Shown: positions 30,306-39,582 of the stretch, piece by piece
Numbering within the stretch: position 1 is the first letter of the stretch
Layout: each line of letters begins with the position of its first letter
Source of the DNA: Candidatus Bathyarchaeota archaeon
GTDB lineage: Archaea > Thermoproteota > Bathyarchaeia > Bathyarchaeales > Bathycorpusculaceae
Direction of reading: 5' to 3'
DNA: 64,000 nucleotides
NCBI GenBank assembly: GCA_963715865.1
Contig: OY970280.1
Location: 1,632,001 to 1,696,000 of the forward strand
Translations under genes and position numbers: made by a program
Notes under the pieces: generated by a model
Databases searched by the model: none
Told to the model about the DNA's origin: nothing
Seen by the model: the letters and a program-made list of their open reading frames with translations, nothing else

Positions 30306-30632
30306 CTACTTCTCCTCTCCTAATTTTTCAACTACAACAAAGGACACGGTTTTGCTGACTGGTCTGCACTCGGCGATTCTCACTCTGTCGCCTTCTTTAA
30401 CATCGATACATGGTGGGTTGTGGGACGCAATGTGACCGTGTCTTCGTTCGTACCTTTGGAATTTTGATGAGAACTGTAAGAATTCTCTGTCAACTATGAC
30501 GGTTTTATCCATTTTAGCCGTGTGGACTATACCGTCAAATACACGTCCTCTCACTGAAAGAGTCCCATGGAATGGACAGCTTCGATCGTCACATGTTTTT
30601 TTAGGCTGCTTGAAAGTTAGAGACATTACCAT
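30306..30632 (-). CDS. rps17: Ribosomal protein uS17
   Basis: CPFHG, RYERR, ECRPVSKT. Confidence 0.96.
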   Translation of the reverse strand: MVMSLTFKQPKKTCDDRSCPFHGTLSVRGRVFDGIVHTAKMDKTVIVDREFLQFSSKFQRYERRHGHIASHNPPCIDVKEGDRVRIAECRPVSKTVSFVVVEKLGEEK

Positions 30633-30907
30633 AACCTCTTAATGCTTTTTTTAAGTCGGTCCTCAGGTCTGCCGACTAAAAGTTTACCGTCAATCTCTAC
30701 AACTGTGCCATCATCAAACTTAAAGTTGAAAACGGCTGATTCTTTAATTACGCTCTTCTCTTTGCCTTCCTTAAGAAAAGTGAAGGTATTTTTTGTTTCG
30801 CTTATGACTTTGCCGCCTAAACCAACATAGCCTTCATGAGGGCTTCTGGCGACTTTGCCTTCAGTGCCAATAAACTCATAACGAATAATTTCGGGGGTTA
30901 CTTTCAT
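30626..30907 (-). CDS. rnp1: RNase P protein subunit Rpp29
   Basis: EFIG, GKVISETKNT, GKLLVGRPEDRLKK; conserved position. Confidence 0.92.
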   Translation of the reverse strand: MKVTPEIIRYEFIGTEGKVARSPHEGYVGLGGKVISETKNTFTFLKEGKEKSVIKESAVFNFKFDDGTVVEIDGKLLVGRPEDRLKKSIKRLW

Positions 30908-31209
30908 TGGGAAGTCTCCTCAGTTTCTTTTTTAGCCTCAGGCTTCTTTGCTGGCTTTTCGGCTTTTTTCTTTTGTTTTTTCTCTGGTTCCTCGGTTGTT
31001 TTCCTGATGCCCAATTTATTCTCGTTTTCTACGGTTAGTATTTGAGCGATTGTTTTGCGCAGTTCCCTTATTCTTGCTGGGTTATCAATGGCGCCGCCTG
31101 CCTTAACCATGGTTTTGATGCGGGTTAGTTCTGCGCGTAAATCAACAAGTTTTTGGGTTCTGTCCTCAGAGGACATGGCGGTGATTTCTTTAAATCGCAA
31201 TATTGCCAT
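30904..31209 (-). CDS. rpl29: Ribosomal protein uL29 with K/E-rich tail
   Basis: NPARIRELRKTIAQILT. Confidence 0.95.
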   Translation of the reverse strand: MAILRFKEITAMSSEDRTQKLVDLRAELTRIKTMVKAGGAIDNPARIRELRKTIAQILTVENENKLGIRKTTEEPEKKQKKKAEKPAKKPEAKKETEETSQ

Positions 31210-31968
31210 TTACTCTTTTGCCTCCTCTTTCGGTTTGTCTGCGACTTCTGTTGCTTGTACTTCTGGCTCTGGCTGGGGCGCTTCTTCCGCTTGAGGTGGT
31301 GCTTGCTCTTCTGCTTGTTCTGGCGGCTTGGCTTCTGTTTGTTCTGGAACAGTGATTTTTTCTTCTTCGGGCAATGCATCGATGATTTTAACTCTGTCAG
31401 GGAAATATGCGTCTGGCGGCATGATTTTTACTCTTACGCCGATAATGCCTGGTTTTAGTTGGACATGAGCTTCAGCTTTTTTCATGGCTCGTAGGGCTGG
31501 TTCTCCGCATCGTGGGAAGTAGCCAGCTCGGAACTTTTCGAAGCGTGCTCGTTCTGTGGTAAGTTTTCCGCTTATGACTATTTCAGCGCCAAGTGCGCCT
31601 GCTTCCATAACTTGGTTTAGCGCCCAAAAACCAGCACGCCTAAAGTGAACGCCTCGCTGAAGCGCTGAGGCAACTCTGGATGCGACGACGAAAGCGTTGA
31701 ATTCTGGGACTTCGATTTCTGAAACTGAAATTTGAGGATTAGAAACTTTAAAGTTTTGTTCTAGGGCTGAGGCGAGTTCTTTTATTGTTTCTCCGCCTCT
31801 GCCGATGACTAAGCCTGGACGCATGGCGTAAATTACAACATGAGTTCCAAGCGGGGTTTTGGAAATGTTTACTCCGCCGTATCCGGCTCTGTCAAGTTTT
31901 TTTTGTAAAAATTCATCTATTTCTGTTCTTTTGATTGATTCTGTTATAAAACGTTTGACTATGCTCAT
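31210..31968 (-). CDS. rps3: Ribosomal protein uS3 with P/E/A-rich tail
   Basis: RPGLVIGRGG, GAEIVISGK, GIIGVRVKIM. Confidence 0.97.
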   Translation of the reverse strand: MSIVKRFITESIKRTEIDEFLQKKLDRAGYGGVNISKTPLGTHVVIYAMRPGLVIGRGGETIKELASALEQNFKVSNPQISVSEIEVPEFNAFVVASRVASALQRGVHFRRAGFWALNQVMEAGALGAEIVISGKLTTERARFEKFRAGYFPRCGEPALRAMKKAEAHVQLKPGIIGVRVKIMPPDAYFPDRVKIIDALPEEEKITVPEQTEAKPPEQAEEQAPPQAEEAPQPEPEVQATEVADKPKEEAKE

Positions 31969-32454
31969 TTATTGTTCTCCTTGGGTAGGTTTCTCGTCTA
32001 GGACTATTTCGACGTGCGTTGTAGTGTCGTATTTTGGTGATGCTCTTCCATGTGCTCTTGGCGTGTAACGTTTGAGTTTGATGCCTTGGTAGGCTGCTGC
32101 GTGCATTATGCGTAAGCGGTCTACGTCTAAGCCTTTGTTTTCAGCGTTTGATTGGGCTGCTTCTAGGACGTTTAGGATTTGTTGGGATGCTTTGATTGGG
32201 TATCTTCCTGCAAAAGTTTTTGTGAGTCCATGGCGATGGGGCAGTTTTTTGTTGTATCTTGTGTAGGGGACAGCTTTCTTTTTGGCTGCGACATCCCGTA
32301 AATACTGTTTTGCATCGTTTAGCATCATGCCTTTGATTGCTTTGCAGACTTCTCTTGCTGCTTTATGGGATACTTTTAGTTCTCTGCCGCTGGCTTTCGC
32401 TGTTTTTTCTGGGTTAAGCATTTCTTCGATTATTGAGTATCCCCATTTTGGCAT
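31969..32454 (-). CDS. rpl22: Ribosomal protein uL22
   Basis: VSHKAARE, GRYPIKA, PRAHGRA; start moved to ATG 32454. Confidence 0.96.
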   Translation of the reverse strand: MPKWGYSIIEEMLNPEKTAKASGRELKVSHKAAREVCKAIKGMMLNDAKQYLRDVAAKKKAVPYTRYNKKLPHRHGLTKTFAGRYPIKASQQILNVLEAAQSNAENKGLDVDRLRIMHAAAYQGIKLKRYTPRAHGRASPKYDTTTHVEIVLDEKPTQGEQ

Positions 32455-32950
32455 TCTTATATCTCCGATGCGCAAACAAACACGTAAAAGCAATTTATAT
32501 GGCTTTCCGTATCACAACTAAGATTTCGACTAAGCTGACTAGGTTACTATCCCCCGGATAAGGGTGTAGTTCGTCTGTGAGGTGTACAAGTTTTGGAGTG
32601 CAGTTTTACCTTTTATAGTTTTTCCAAAAAAAACCTTTTTAGCCTGTAAATTAGTCGCTGATGGTTGCGGTTTGCTTAAGCAGACTGCAAAAGAGTCTTA
32701 CTTACTCTAGCGATCCAAAAAAAAACTATCCCTCCGTATATAAACGATAAAGTGCAGAGAGAACTACAGGTTCAGTTTACAATCGGGACTCAAGTCGTGA
32801 GTAGATAGCCAATATCTAAAATCACCGCTTAGTAGCCATCAATTATTAGAGGTTGCATCTGATAATTCCTGACTAATCCTGCGATTTGTTTATGTTTTAC
32901 CTCTTTTAGAGTATTTGCTATTGCAGTTGTTAGAGTAGGAAGCAATCGGA

Positions 32951-34018
32951 ATGTCAAGCAAAAACGAAAAGATTACTATGTTGCATGGTGCTGGCGGTAC
33001 TGTCATGCATGACCTAGTCAAAAACTATATTGTAAAGTATTTTGGCGGTTTAGGCAACGTTGCCGAAGTGCCATTGGAAGCCATGGATGACGCCGCAGTT
33101 ATCGGCGACGTGGTGTTTAAGAGTGATTCTCACGCGGTTAAACCCATATTTTTCCCCGGCGGCGACATCGGGCGCTTGGCAATTTCAGGCACGGTTAATG
33201 ACATTTCAGCTTTAGGCGCTGAGCCTTATGCGTTGGCTTGCGGTTTTATTTTAGAAGAAGGCTTAGCGATGAGCGATTTTGAGAGGATTTTGGCGAGTAT
33301 GCGGCAGACCTGTGTTGAAGCAGGCGTGGGCATCGTCACAGGCGACACGAAGGTGGTGGAGAAGGGCAGTTTAGGAGGCTGCGTCATTAACGTTTCAGGA
33401 ATCGGCAGAAGAACCCCAGCCTTAGACAGCAACCTCAGGGTGGTTAGGCAGTACCGAAACCTTACCGCTCGCTGGACACTTGACTCGAACCTTGCCGCAG
33501 GCGACAAAATAATCCTGTCAGGAACCATCGGCGACCATGGCTTAGCGGTGCTATCGGCGCAGCAGGGGTTAACGTTTGGAAGCGGCATAAAATCAGATGT
33601 GAAACCACTCAACCGCATGATACAGCGTTTACTTGGCGAAGTCGGCGGAGTAGTCACCATGAAAGATCCAACCCGTGGAGGATTAGCAGATGCTCTCAAC
33701 GAGTTCACGGAAAAATCAAAAGCAGGCATCCTAATTCACGAAGACAAAGTGCCAATCAGAGATGACGTGCAAGCCGCATGCGAAATGCTCGGCTTAGACC
33801 CCCTAGAAGTGGGAAACGAAGGAAAAATCATCATCGGCATCGTACCAGCCAAAGCAGAAGAAGCCCTCCAGTTTCTAAGAAGCACGGATGAGGGTAAAAA
33901 CGCTCAAATCATCGGCGAAGTAACTAAGGAATTTAAGGGCGTGGCTATGCAGACAACGGTGGGCGGAAAAAGAATAATCGCCAGGCCAATAGGCGATCCA
34001 GTCCCGAGAATCTGCTAA
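32951..34018 (+). CDS. hypE: Hydrogenase maturation carbamoyl dehydratase HypE
   Basis: HGAGG, FFPGGDIG, GDTKVV, ANEG-like GNEG, C-terminal PRIC. Confidence 0.96.
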   Translation: MSSKNEKITMLHGAGGTVMHDLVKNYIVKYFGGLGNVAEVPLEAMDDAAVIGDVVFKSDSHAVKPIFFPGGDIGRLAISGTVNDISALGAEPYALACGFILEEGLAMSDFERILASMRQTCVEAGVGIVTGDTKVVEKGSLGGCVINVSGIGRRTPALDSNLRVVRQYRNLTARWTLDSNLAAGDKIILSGTIGDHGLAVLSAQQGLTFGSGIKSDVKPLNRMIQRLLGEVGGVVTMKDPTRGGLADALNEFTEKSKAGILIHEDKVPIRDDVQAACEMLGLDPLEVGNEGKIIIGIVPAKAEEALQFLRSTDEGKNAQIIGEVTKEFKGVAMQTTVGGKRIIARPIGDPVPRIC

Positions 34019-34028
34019 AACTTGCAGT

Positions 34029-34541
34029 TTATCCTGAGCCAATTATTTCAATATTAACGCTAAAGCTTGTTATTCCGCTTATACTGGATGACACTGCTAA
34101 TGATAGTACTGCAGAAGTTGATTGCCCAACGTTCAACGATGCACCCGACTTATCCCAAGTAATAGTTATGGGTCCGTTAGCCCCTGAAGGACTCCAACTG
34201 TCTGTTGACATGCTCAACGCTATAGGGGCGTTGCCTGTGCTTTTAATGTAAATTGCTTTTGAAGCAATACCGCCCGGTGCTATTTGACCCCAACTTATAG
34301 ATGTTAACGATTGCGTGCATGCACTATCCGAGTATACTCCAACGTTAAGTGCCGTTATCGTGCCCGAAGAGGAGATTGTTTGAGTAACAGTAAGCAACCC
34401 AGCCGTTGTAAAAGACAACAAAACCACAATTGCCGCAATAACCAAGATCAAGCGTGGTGACAGCTTACGCAAAAGACTAAATTTCATAAAAAGATCCCTA
34501 CGTAATCGTTCGGCAGCGCGTTTATATCGGTTTGTTGGCAT
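34029..34541 (-). CDS. Secreted/surface Ig-like hypothetical protein
   Basis: Basic N-region plus hydrophobic signal/anchor helix, S/T-rich beta body. Confidence 0.6.
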   Translation of the reverse strand: MPTNRYKRAAERLRRDLFMKFSLLRKLSPRLILVIAAIVVLLSFTTAGLLTVTQTISSSGTITALNVGVYSDSACTQSLTSISWGQIAPGGIASKAIYIKSTGNAPIALSMSTDSWSPSGANGPITITWDKSGASLNVGQSTSAVLSLAVSSSISGITSFSVNIEIIGSG

Positions 34542-34762
34542 CCAATGGTTGATACAATCACCGCTAACTAATAGCGATTAAGTCAAAAAACGAATACAAA
34601 ATTTTTTTAAAAACCCCAGAAAAAACCGAAAGCAAGCACAAAACTAACTAACTCACCCAAACAGCGAAAACCGATAAATTAAGTTATACTTCACACATGG
34701 AAGCAGCAACCGCGCAAAATTGAAAATTGCTGTAAAAACAGCAATTTCCTCAATTCATAATT

Positions 34763-35845
34763 TTATTCAGAAGCAGTTTTCGCCCAAACCCTGCAAGTAC
34801 CCTCGCTACTAACCATACAAGCACCAATCGGCTTAGCAGGCGTACAAGCCTTCATAAACATGGGACACTCGTTAGGCTTAATTTTCCCAATAATCACCAA
34901 ATGGCACTCACAACCAAGCAGAATATCCCGACCCTGCTCCACCTTAACACCAAACTTCGCTCGAGCGTCAAAATCCTTAAGCGACTCCCGCAATTGCAAA
35001 GCAGAGTCAGGAAGCCTTCCAATACCGCGCCAATTCCCATTGGTAACCATGAAAGCCCGGTTCATCAAGTCCAGCGCCTTAGTGTTTCCCTCCCACTTCA
35101 CCACACGAGGATACTCATTCTCCAACCTAGCCGCTCCTTCACTAACCTGTTTAACAATCATGTAAACAGCCATTAACACGTCAATAGGTTCAAAACCAGC
35201 CACCACCGTGGGCATCCGATAAACCCGCGGAAACAATTCATAAGGCTTCATCCCAATAATCGCGCTCACATGCCCCGGAGCAATAAAACCGTCAATCTGC
35301 AAATCACCAACACCAAGCAACAATTCCATGGCAGGAGGAATCAAACGATGAGAAACCAAAAAACTAAAGTTCAAAGGCGGATTCCCAAGCGCCTCAACCG
35401 CCGTCGATGGAGCAGTAGTTTCAAAACCTACAGCGAAAAACGCAAACTGTTTATCAGGCTCACGCTTAGCCATTTCAACCGCGTCAGAAACCGCATATAC
35501 AATTCGCACGTCAGCGCCAGCGGCTTTAGCCTCCAAAAGCGACATTTGGCTACCAGGAACGCGCAACACGTCACCGAAACACGTAACTACGATACCTTTC
35601 TGAGCTAACTGTACAGCCTCATCAATCTCAGCAGCTGGCACAACGCAAACTGGGCAGCCGGGACCGGCAATAACCTCAATGTTCTCAGGCAAGAGGCTGC
35701 GCAATCCATAATGCGTTATAGTCCACTCATGGGTTCCGCAGATGTGGCAAATTTTCACTTTACCAGCCTTAGGCGCTAAGCTTTTGATTTTTGAGGCTAT
35801 GCCCTTAGCAAATTCTGGGTCTCTGAACCTGAGTTTCTCAGCCAT
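34763..35845 (-). CDS. hypD: Hydrogenase maturation protein HypD
   Basis: CGTHE, GPGCPVC, GFETT, PGHVS, CMVSSEGTC. Confidence 0.97.
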   Translation of the reverse strand: MAEKLRFRDPEFAKGIASKIKSLAPKAGKVKICHICGTHEWTITHYGLRSLLPENIEVIAGPGCPVCVVPAAEIDEAVQLAQKGIVVTCFGDVLRVPGSQMSLLEAKAAGADVRIVYAVSDAVEMAKREPDKQFAFFAVGFETTAPSTAVEALGNPPLNFSFLVSHRLIPPAMELLLGVGDLQIDGFIAPGHVSAIIGMKPYELFPRVYRMPTVVAGFEPIDVLMAVYMIVKQVSEGAARLENEYPRVVKWEGNTKALDLMNRAFMVTNGNWRGIGRLPDSALQLRESLKDFDARAKFGVKVEQGRDILLGCECHLVIIGKIKPNECPMFMKACTPAKPIGACMVSSEGTCRVWAKTASE

Positions 35846-35867
35846 GCCTTTCGACTCGCATTTGCCT

Positions 35868-36092
35868 TTATTTTTGTCCAGCTTCGAGAATATCATTCCA
35901 TAAACTTATGGTTTCTAAGGCTTCTTTTTCTTCAATAACCTGAATCGCGTATCCAGCGTGAACTAAAACGTAATCTCCAACTTTAGCTTCAACAAGCGTT
36001 ATGTTAACGTCTCGTACGACACCTTGACCAAAATCCACATTGGCTTTTGTGCCTTCAACGCTCATTACTCGAGCGGGAATTGCTAAACACAT
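35868..36092 (-). CDS. hypC: Hydrogenase chaperone HypC
   Basis: MCLAIPA, LVHAGYAI. Confidence 0.97.
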   Translation of the reverse strand: MCLAIPARVMSVEGTKANVDFGQGVVRDVNITLVEAKVGDYVLVHAGYAIQVIEEKEALETISLWNDILEAGQK

Positions 36093-36142
36093 ACTTTATC
36101 AGTTATTAAAGACGCATTAAAGGGCGATAAAAAGAGATTGGT

Positions 36143-38425
36143 CTAAAATCGTGAAAATCCACCTACAACTGCCTGACCGAACGAAACTCCGCCGTCACCA
36201 GCTGGAACAGCCTCATGAACCAGAAAACGCAGTCCAGCAAGCTCAACGGTCTCACGCGTGACTTTAGCAAGTATCTGGTTACATGCTGCGCCGCCAGAAA
36301 ACCCAACGGCTTTAACGCCAAGCGCCAAGGCTTTCTCTACTGCCAAAGAAGCTAACCCTTTTGCCAAGTAAGCATGAGCAGAATAAGCTAAGTTAGCGGT
36401 GGATAGTTTTTGTTTGTTTTCAAAGATTGACCTTAGCATGTACGTGGTATCCAGTGTGTCTCCATGCAAGATGGGCTTTAGGTTCAAGGCATCTTTGCCA
36501 GTTATCGCGGCTGATTCCAGTTTCATGGCTGGTTCACCCTCATAACTGCGCTCGTAACATACGCCTAAAACGGCAGCGACCGCGTCTAAAACTCTGCCGC
36601 AACTTGTAGTTTCAACCGTTCCTAAGCCTTTTTCAAGTTGGTTGAGAATTAGGTTGGCTTCAGTTTCGCCGAAAGGCAAATGCGCACTGTTCTGCATCAG
36701 CCAAGGCTCAACCTCTACGCCGGCTTTAGCAAGCATTCCAACGGCTACACGCAAGGGGAAACGGCTAGCCACATCCCCACCCAATAATGGCTGTGGTTCC
36801 AGATGCCCCAGCCGCCTAAACTTTGCCGACTCACGTGTGCAAAACAGGATTTCGCCGCCCCACGCTTCGCCATCGGTGCCGTAGCCGTACCCGTCGCAAA
36901 CGATGCTAACAGCTTCTTCTAAGTTATGTTCTGCCATTAAAGCGGCGGCGTGCGCGTGGTGATGCTGAACCTGAATCAGCGGTGAACCGTCTGCTTCCGC
37001 CATCTCTTTGGCTAGTGCGGTTGTGGTGAATTTTGGGTGCAAATCGCAAACCACAGTTTCAGCGTGGCAGTTGGTTAAGTGGTAAAGGTGATTTGTTGCT
37101 TCTTGAAGAAACGTGCGCGTTTCCACGTTTTCCACGTCGCCGATGTGTTGGCTGATGAAGGCTTTATCCTCAAGCAAAACGCAGGCTGTATTGTTTAATT
37201 CGCCGCCTAAACCGACGACGCACCGTTTTGATTTGGCTTTGAGCCTTATGGGTGCTGGAGCGTAACCTCTGCTTCGCCTAAGGAACACTTGGCGGTTTCC
37301 ATGGGTGCGCATTACTGAGTCGTCGCATCGGTGGGCGATTTTGCGGTTGTGAAACAGGAAATAATCCACTGTGCTGCCCAGAGTTTTGAGTGCTTCATCG
37401 TTGTCTTTCACGATGGGTTGGTTTGGCGGATTCGCGCTGGTCATCACAAACGCTGAGTCATCAACTTGGTCGAAAAGCATGTAATGCAAACCGGTGTAAG
37501 GCAGCATTACGCCGACGTTATGCAGGTTCGGCGCAACTAACGGTGAAAGATTGTAACTGCCGCTTTTATTTAGCAATACTATTGGGCGTGCAGGGGAAGA
37601 TAGCAGTTCTTGCTCCTTCGAACTTACTTCGGCGAAACTTGTCGCGGAATCAAGGCTTTTTGCCATGATGGCAAAGGGTTTTTCGCGCCTATGCTTCGTT
37701 CGTCGAAGCGCCGCCAAAGGCTTCTCTTCTATGGTGGATGCTGCAATGTGGAAGCCGCCGTAGCCTTTTATGGCAAGCACGTTGCCTTCAGAGAGCAACT
37801 TTCCCGCTTCACGCACTGGATCTTTAGCTTGGATCTGCTCGCCAGATCGTGTTGTTAAATAGGCTTTTGGACCGCATTCTGGACAAGCGACGGTTTGCGC
37901 GTGAAACCGCCTGTTTGCTGGGTCATTGTATTCTTTTTGGCAGAAGCCACACAAGGGAAACTCGCGCATGGTGGTGTTTTCGCGGTCGTACGGCAATCGC
38001 TCGATGATTGTGAAGCGTGGACCGCAATTGGTGCAGGTTATAAAGAAGTATTCATAGCGCGGGTTTTTTGTGTCTCGCAGTTCAGCGAGGCACTCGTTGC
38101 ATATTGCGATGTCTGGCGGTATGATTGAGCCTGAAAGCTCCGCTTCTTCGGAACTCTTGTAAATCGTAAATTTATCGTATTGGTTTTTGCCTGAAAGCTC
38201 AGTGGATTTAACCGAGTCGATTTGGGCTAAAGGCGGCTTGTTCTCGGTCAGGTCGCACATAAAATTCTTGATGCTTTGCGCGCTGCCTTCCAAGAGGATT
38301 TCTACTCCCGCATCGCCCCTGTTGCGAACGTACCCTGCCAAGCCGTTTTTTGTGGCTACGCGGTATATGAATGGACGGAAACCGACGCCCTGAACAATCC
38401 CTGTAATGTTTAATTTAACTCTCAA
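36143..38425 (-). CDS. hypF: Carbamoyltransferase HypF
   Basis: GIVQGVGFRPF, CTNCGPR, RRFHAQ, KGYGGFH, HHHAH, PAGDGG. Confidence 0.98.
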   Translation of the reverse strand: MRVKLNITGIVQGVGFRPFIYRVATKNGLAGYVRNRGDAGVEILLEGSAQSIKNFMCDLTENKPPLAQIDSVKSTELSGKNQYDKFTIYKSSEEAELSGSIIPPDIAICNECLAELRDTKNPRYEYFFITCTNCGPRFTIIERLPYDRENTTMREFPLCGFCQKEYNDPANRRFHAQTVACPECGPKAYLTTRSGEQIQAKDPVREAGKLLSEGNVLAIKGYGGFHIAASTIEEKPLAALRRTKHRREKPFAIMAKSLDSATSFAEVSSKEQELLSSPARPIVLLNKSGSYNLSPLVAPNLHNVGVMLPYTGLHYMLFDQVDDSAFVMTSANPPNQPIVKDNDEALKTLGSTVDYFLFHNRKIAHRCDDSVMRTHGNRQVFLRRSRGYAPAPIRLKAKSKRCVVGLGGELNNTACVLLEDKAFISQHIGDVENVETRTFLQEATNHLYHLTNCHAETVVCDLHPKFTTTALAKEMAEADGSPLIQVQHHHAHAAALMAEHNLEEAVSIVCDGYGYGTDGEAWGGEILFCTRESAKFRRLGHLEPQPLLGGDVASRFPLRVAVGMLAKAGVEVEPWLMQNSAHLPFGETEANLILNQLEKGLGTVETTSCGRVLDAVAAVLGVCYERSYEGEPAMKLESAAITGKDALNLKPILHGDTLDTTYMLRSIFENKQKLSTANLAYSAHAYLAKGLASLAVEKALALGVKAVGFSGGAACNQILAKVTRETVELAGLRFLVHEAVPAGDGGVSFGQAVVGGFSRF

Positions 38426-38439
38426 AATTAAGTCATCTT

Positions 38440-38676
38440 CTAAATAAGTTGTCGCCTTTTTGCCCTGTTTACGGCATCTTCACAGGCAAGTTTTTCAGCT
38501 TCAACTTTCAGTTCTTTCCTATCTTTGTTGGTAGATAACCATTTTTCTGCAGTTTTTGAAAGGGGTATAGTAATGAAATAAGAGCCTGCTGCTATGACTA
38601 TCGCTTTGGTTTCCTTGATGCCTAACTTTTCTGGGATAGTCATTCTTCCTCTCTTGTCGATTTCCACAACAGGCAT
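38440..38676 (-). CDS. AbrB/MazE-type antitoxin-like protein (orphan)
   Basis: VEIDKRGRMTIP signature; no adjacent toxin. Confidence 0.7.
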   Translation of the reverse strand: MPVVEIDKRGRMTIPEKLGIKETKAIVIAAGSYFITIPLSKTAEKWLSTNKDRKELKVEAEKLACEDAVNRAKRRQLI

Positions 38677-38737
38677 AGTAATCCCTTATGGTATAAGAAA
38701 TCCTTAGAGTTAAAAATTGCCCAAAAACAATCAAATT

Positions 38738-39026
38738 CTAAACCGATTTCTGTTTCTCTTTCTTGAGAGCGCGCCTTAAAACTTTGCCCACTGAACTGAT
38801 TGGCAATTCTTTTCTGAATTCTACTTCATGGATTGCTTTGTAGGGTGCGATTTTATCGTTAACGAAAGCCATGATTTCCTCTGCCGACACAACCGTGCCC
38901 TCTTTGAGGACAATGAAAGCCTTCGGAACTTCGCCTGCCAACTTGTCTGGTTTGCCGACGACTGCGCACAGTTTTACGGCTGGGTGCTCGTAGAGGACGT
39001 CTTCGAGTTCGCGTGGGTAAATGCTG
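38738..39026 (-). pseudogene. Duplicated 3' fragment of the acyl-CoA ligase gene
   Basis: SIYPRELEDVLYEHPAV...GEVPKAF...RKELPISSVGKVLRR; colinear with 41380-41634 at a constant 2608-bp offset. Confidence 0.9.
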
Positions 39027-39135
39027 GACTATAAGAGAGGTCTTAGCGAACCAACAACCCTTTTTCTTTCAAACTAAGCCTAAAAGTCTAGTTGAACGGT
39101 GACTATTCTAACAAGCGCCCTAATGGAGATCAAAT

Positions 39136-39582
39136 TTAGAGCATGTTTATACTCTCTTCATGTTTTCTACGTTGGATAAGCATTCTCTTTCCTGATATCG
39201 TTATTCTATAACTAAGCAGCGCACGGTTTATAATTCCATGGAATGAGCTTGCGCATAGCAAAGGTACAATTCTGAAATCCCTGTCAGAGTTGGGCAAGAT
39301 ATTAAGCATAGTGTTAACACAATATTGAATCTTTGCTTGCACTTCAGTTAAGTTAGGATTACCTTGTTTAACCTCGATGACGTACATGGTAGGCCTTTGG
39401 TTAAGGGGAAACCTGAAAATTATGCAATCACACCTCTTTGCGGGTTCGTCTTTGCACAAGCAGCCATCAAATCTTACATGAATATATTCATCAATATTAT
39501 TATTCCAAGAAATATTTCCTAACTCAATGCAATCTTCCGCTGGATTATGGATAAAAGCTTGGAGTGTGGGGTGGCTACTTAT
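39136..39582 (-). CDS. Putative PD-(D/E)XK-like partner of the ATPase, probable ATA start
   Basis: RCDCIIF...YVIEVKQG motif; frame open to an ATA overlapping the ATPase TAA (ATAA). Confidence 0.65.
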   Translation of the reverse strand: MSSHPTLQAFIHNPAEDCIELGNISWNNNIDEYIHVRFDGCLCKDEPAKRCDCIIFRFPLNQRPTMYVIEVKQGNPNLTEVQAKIQYCVNTMLNILPNSDRDFRIVPLLCASSFHGIINRALLSYRITISGKRMLIQRRKHEESINML

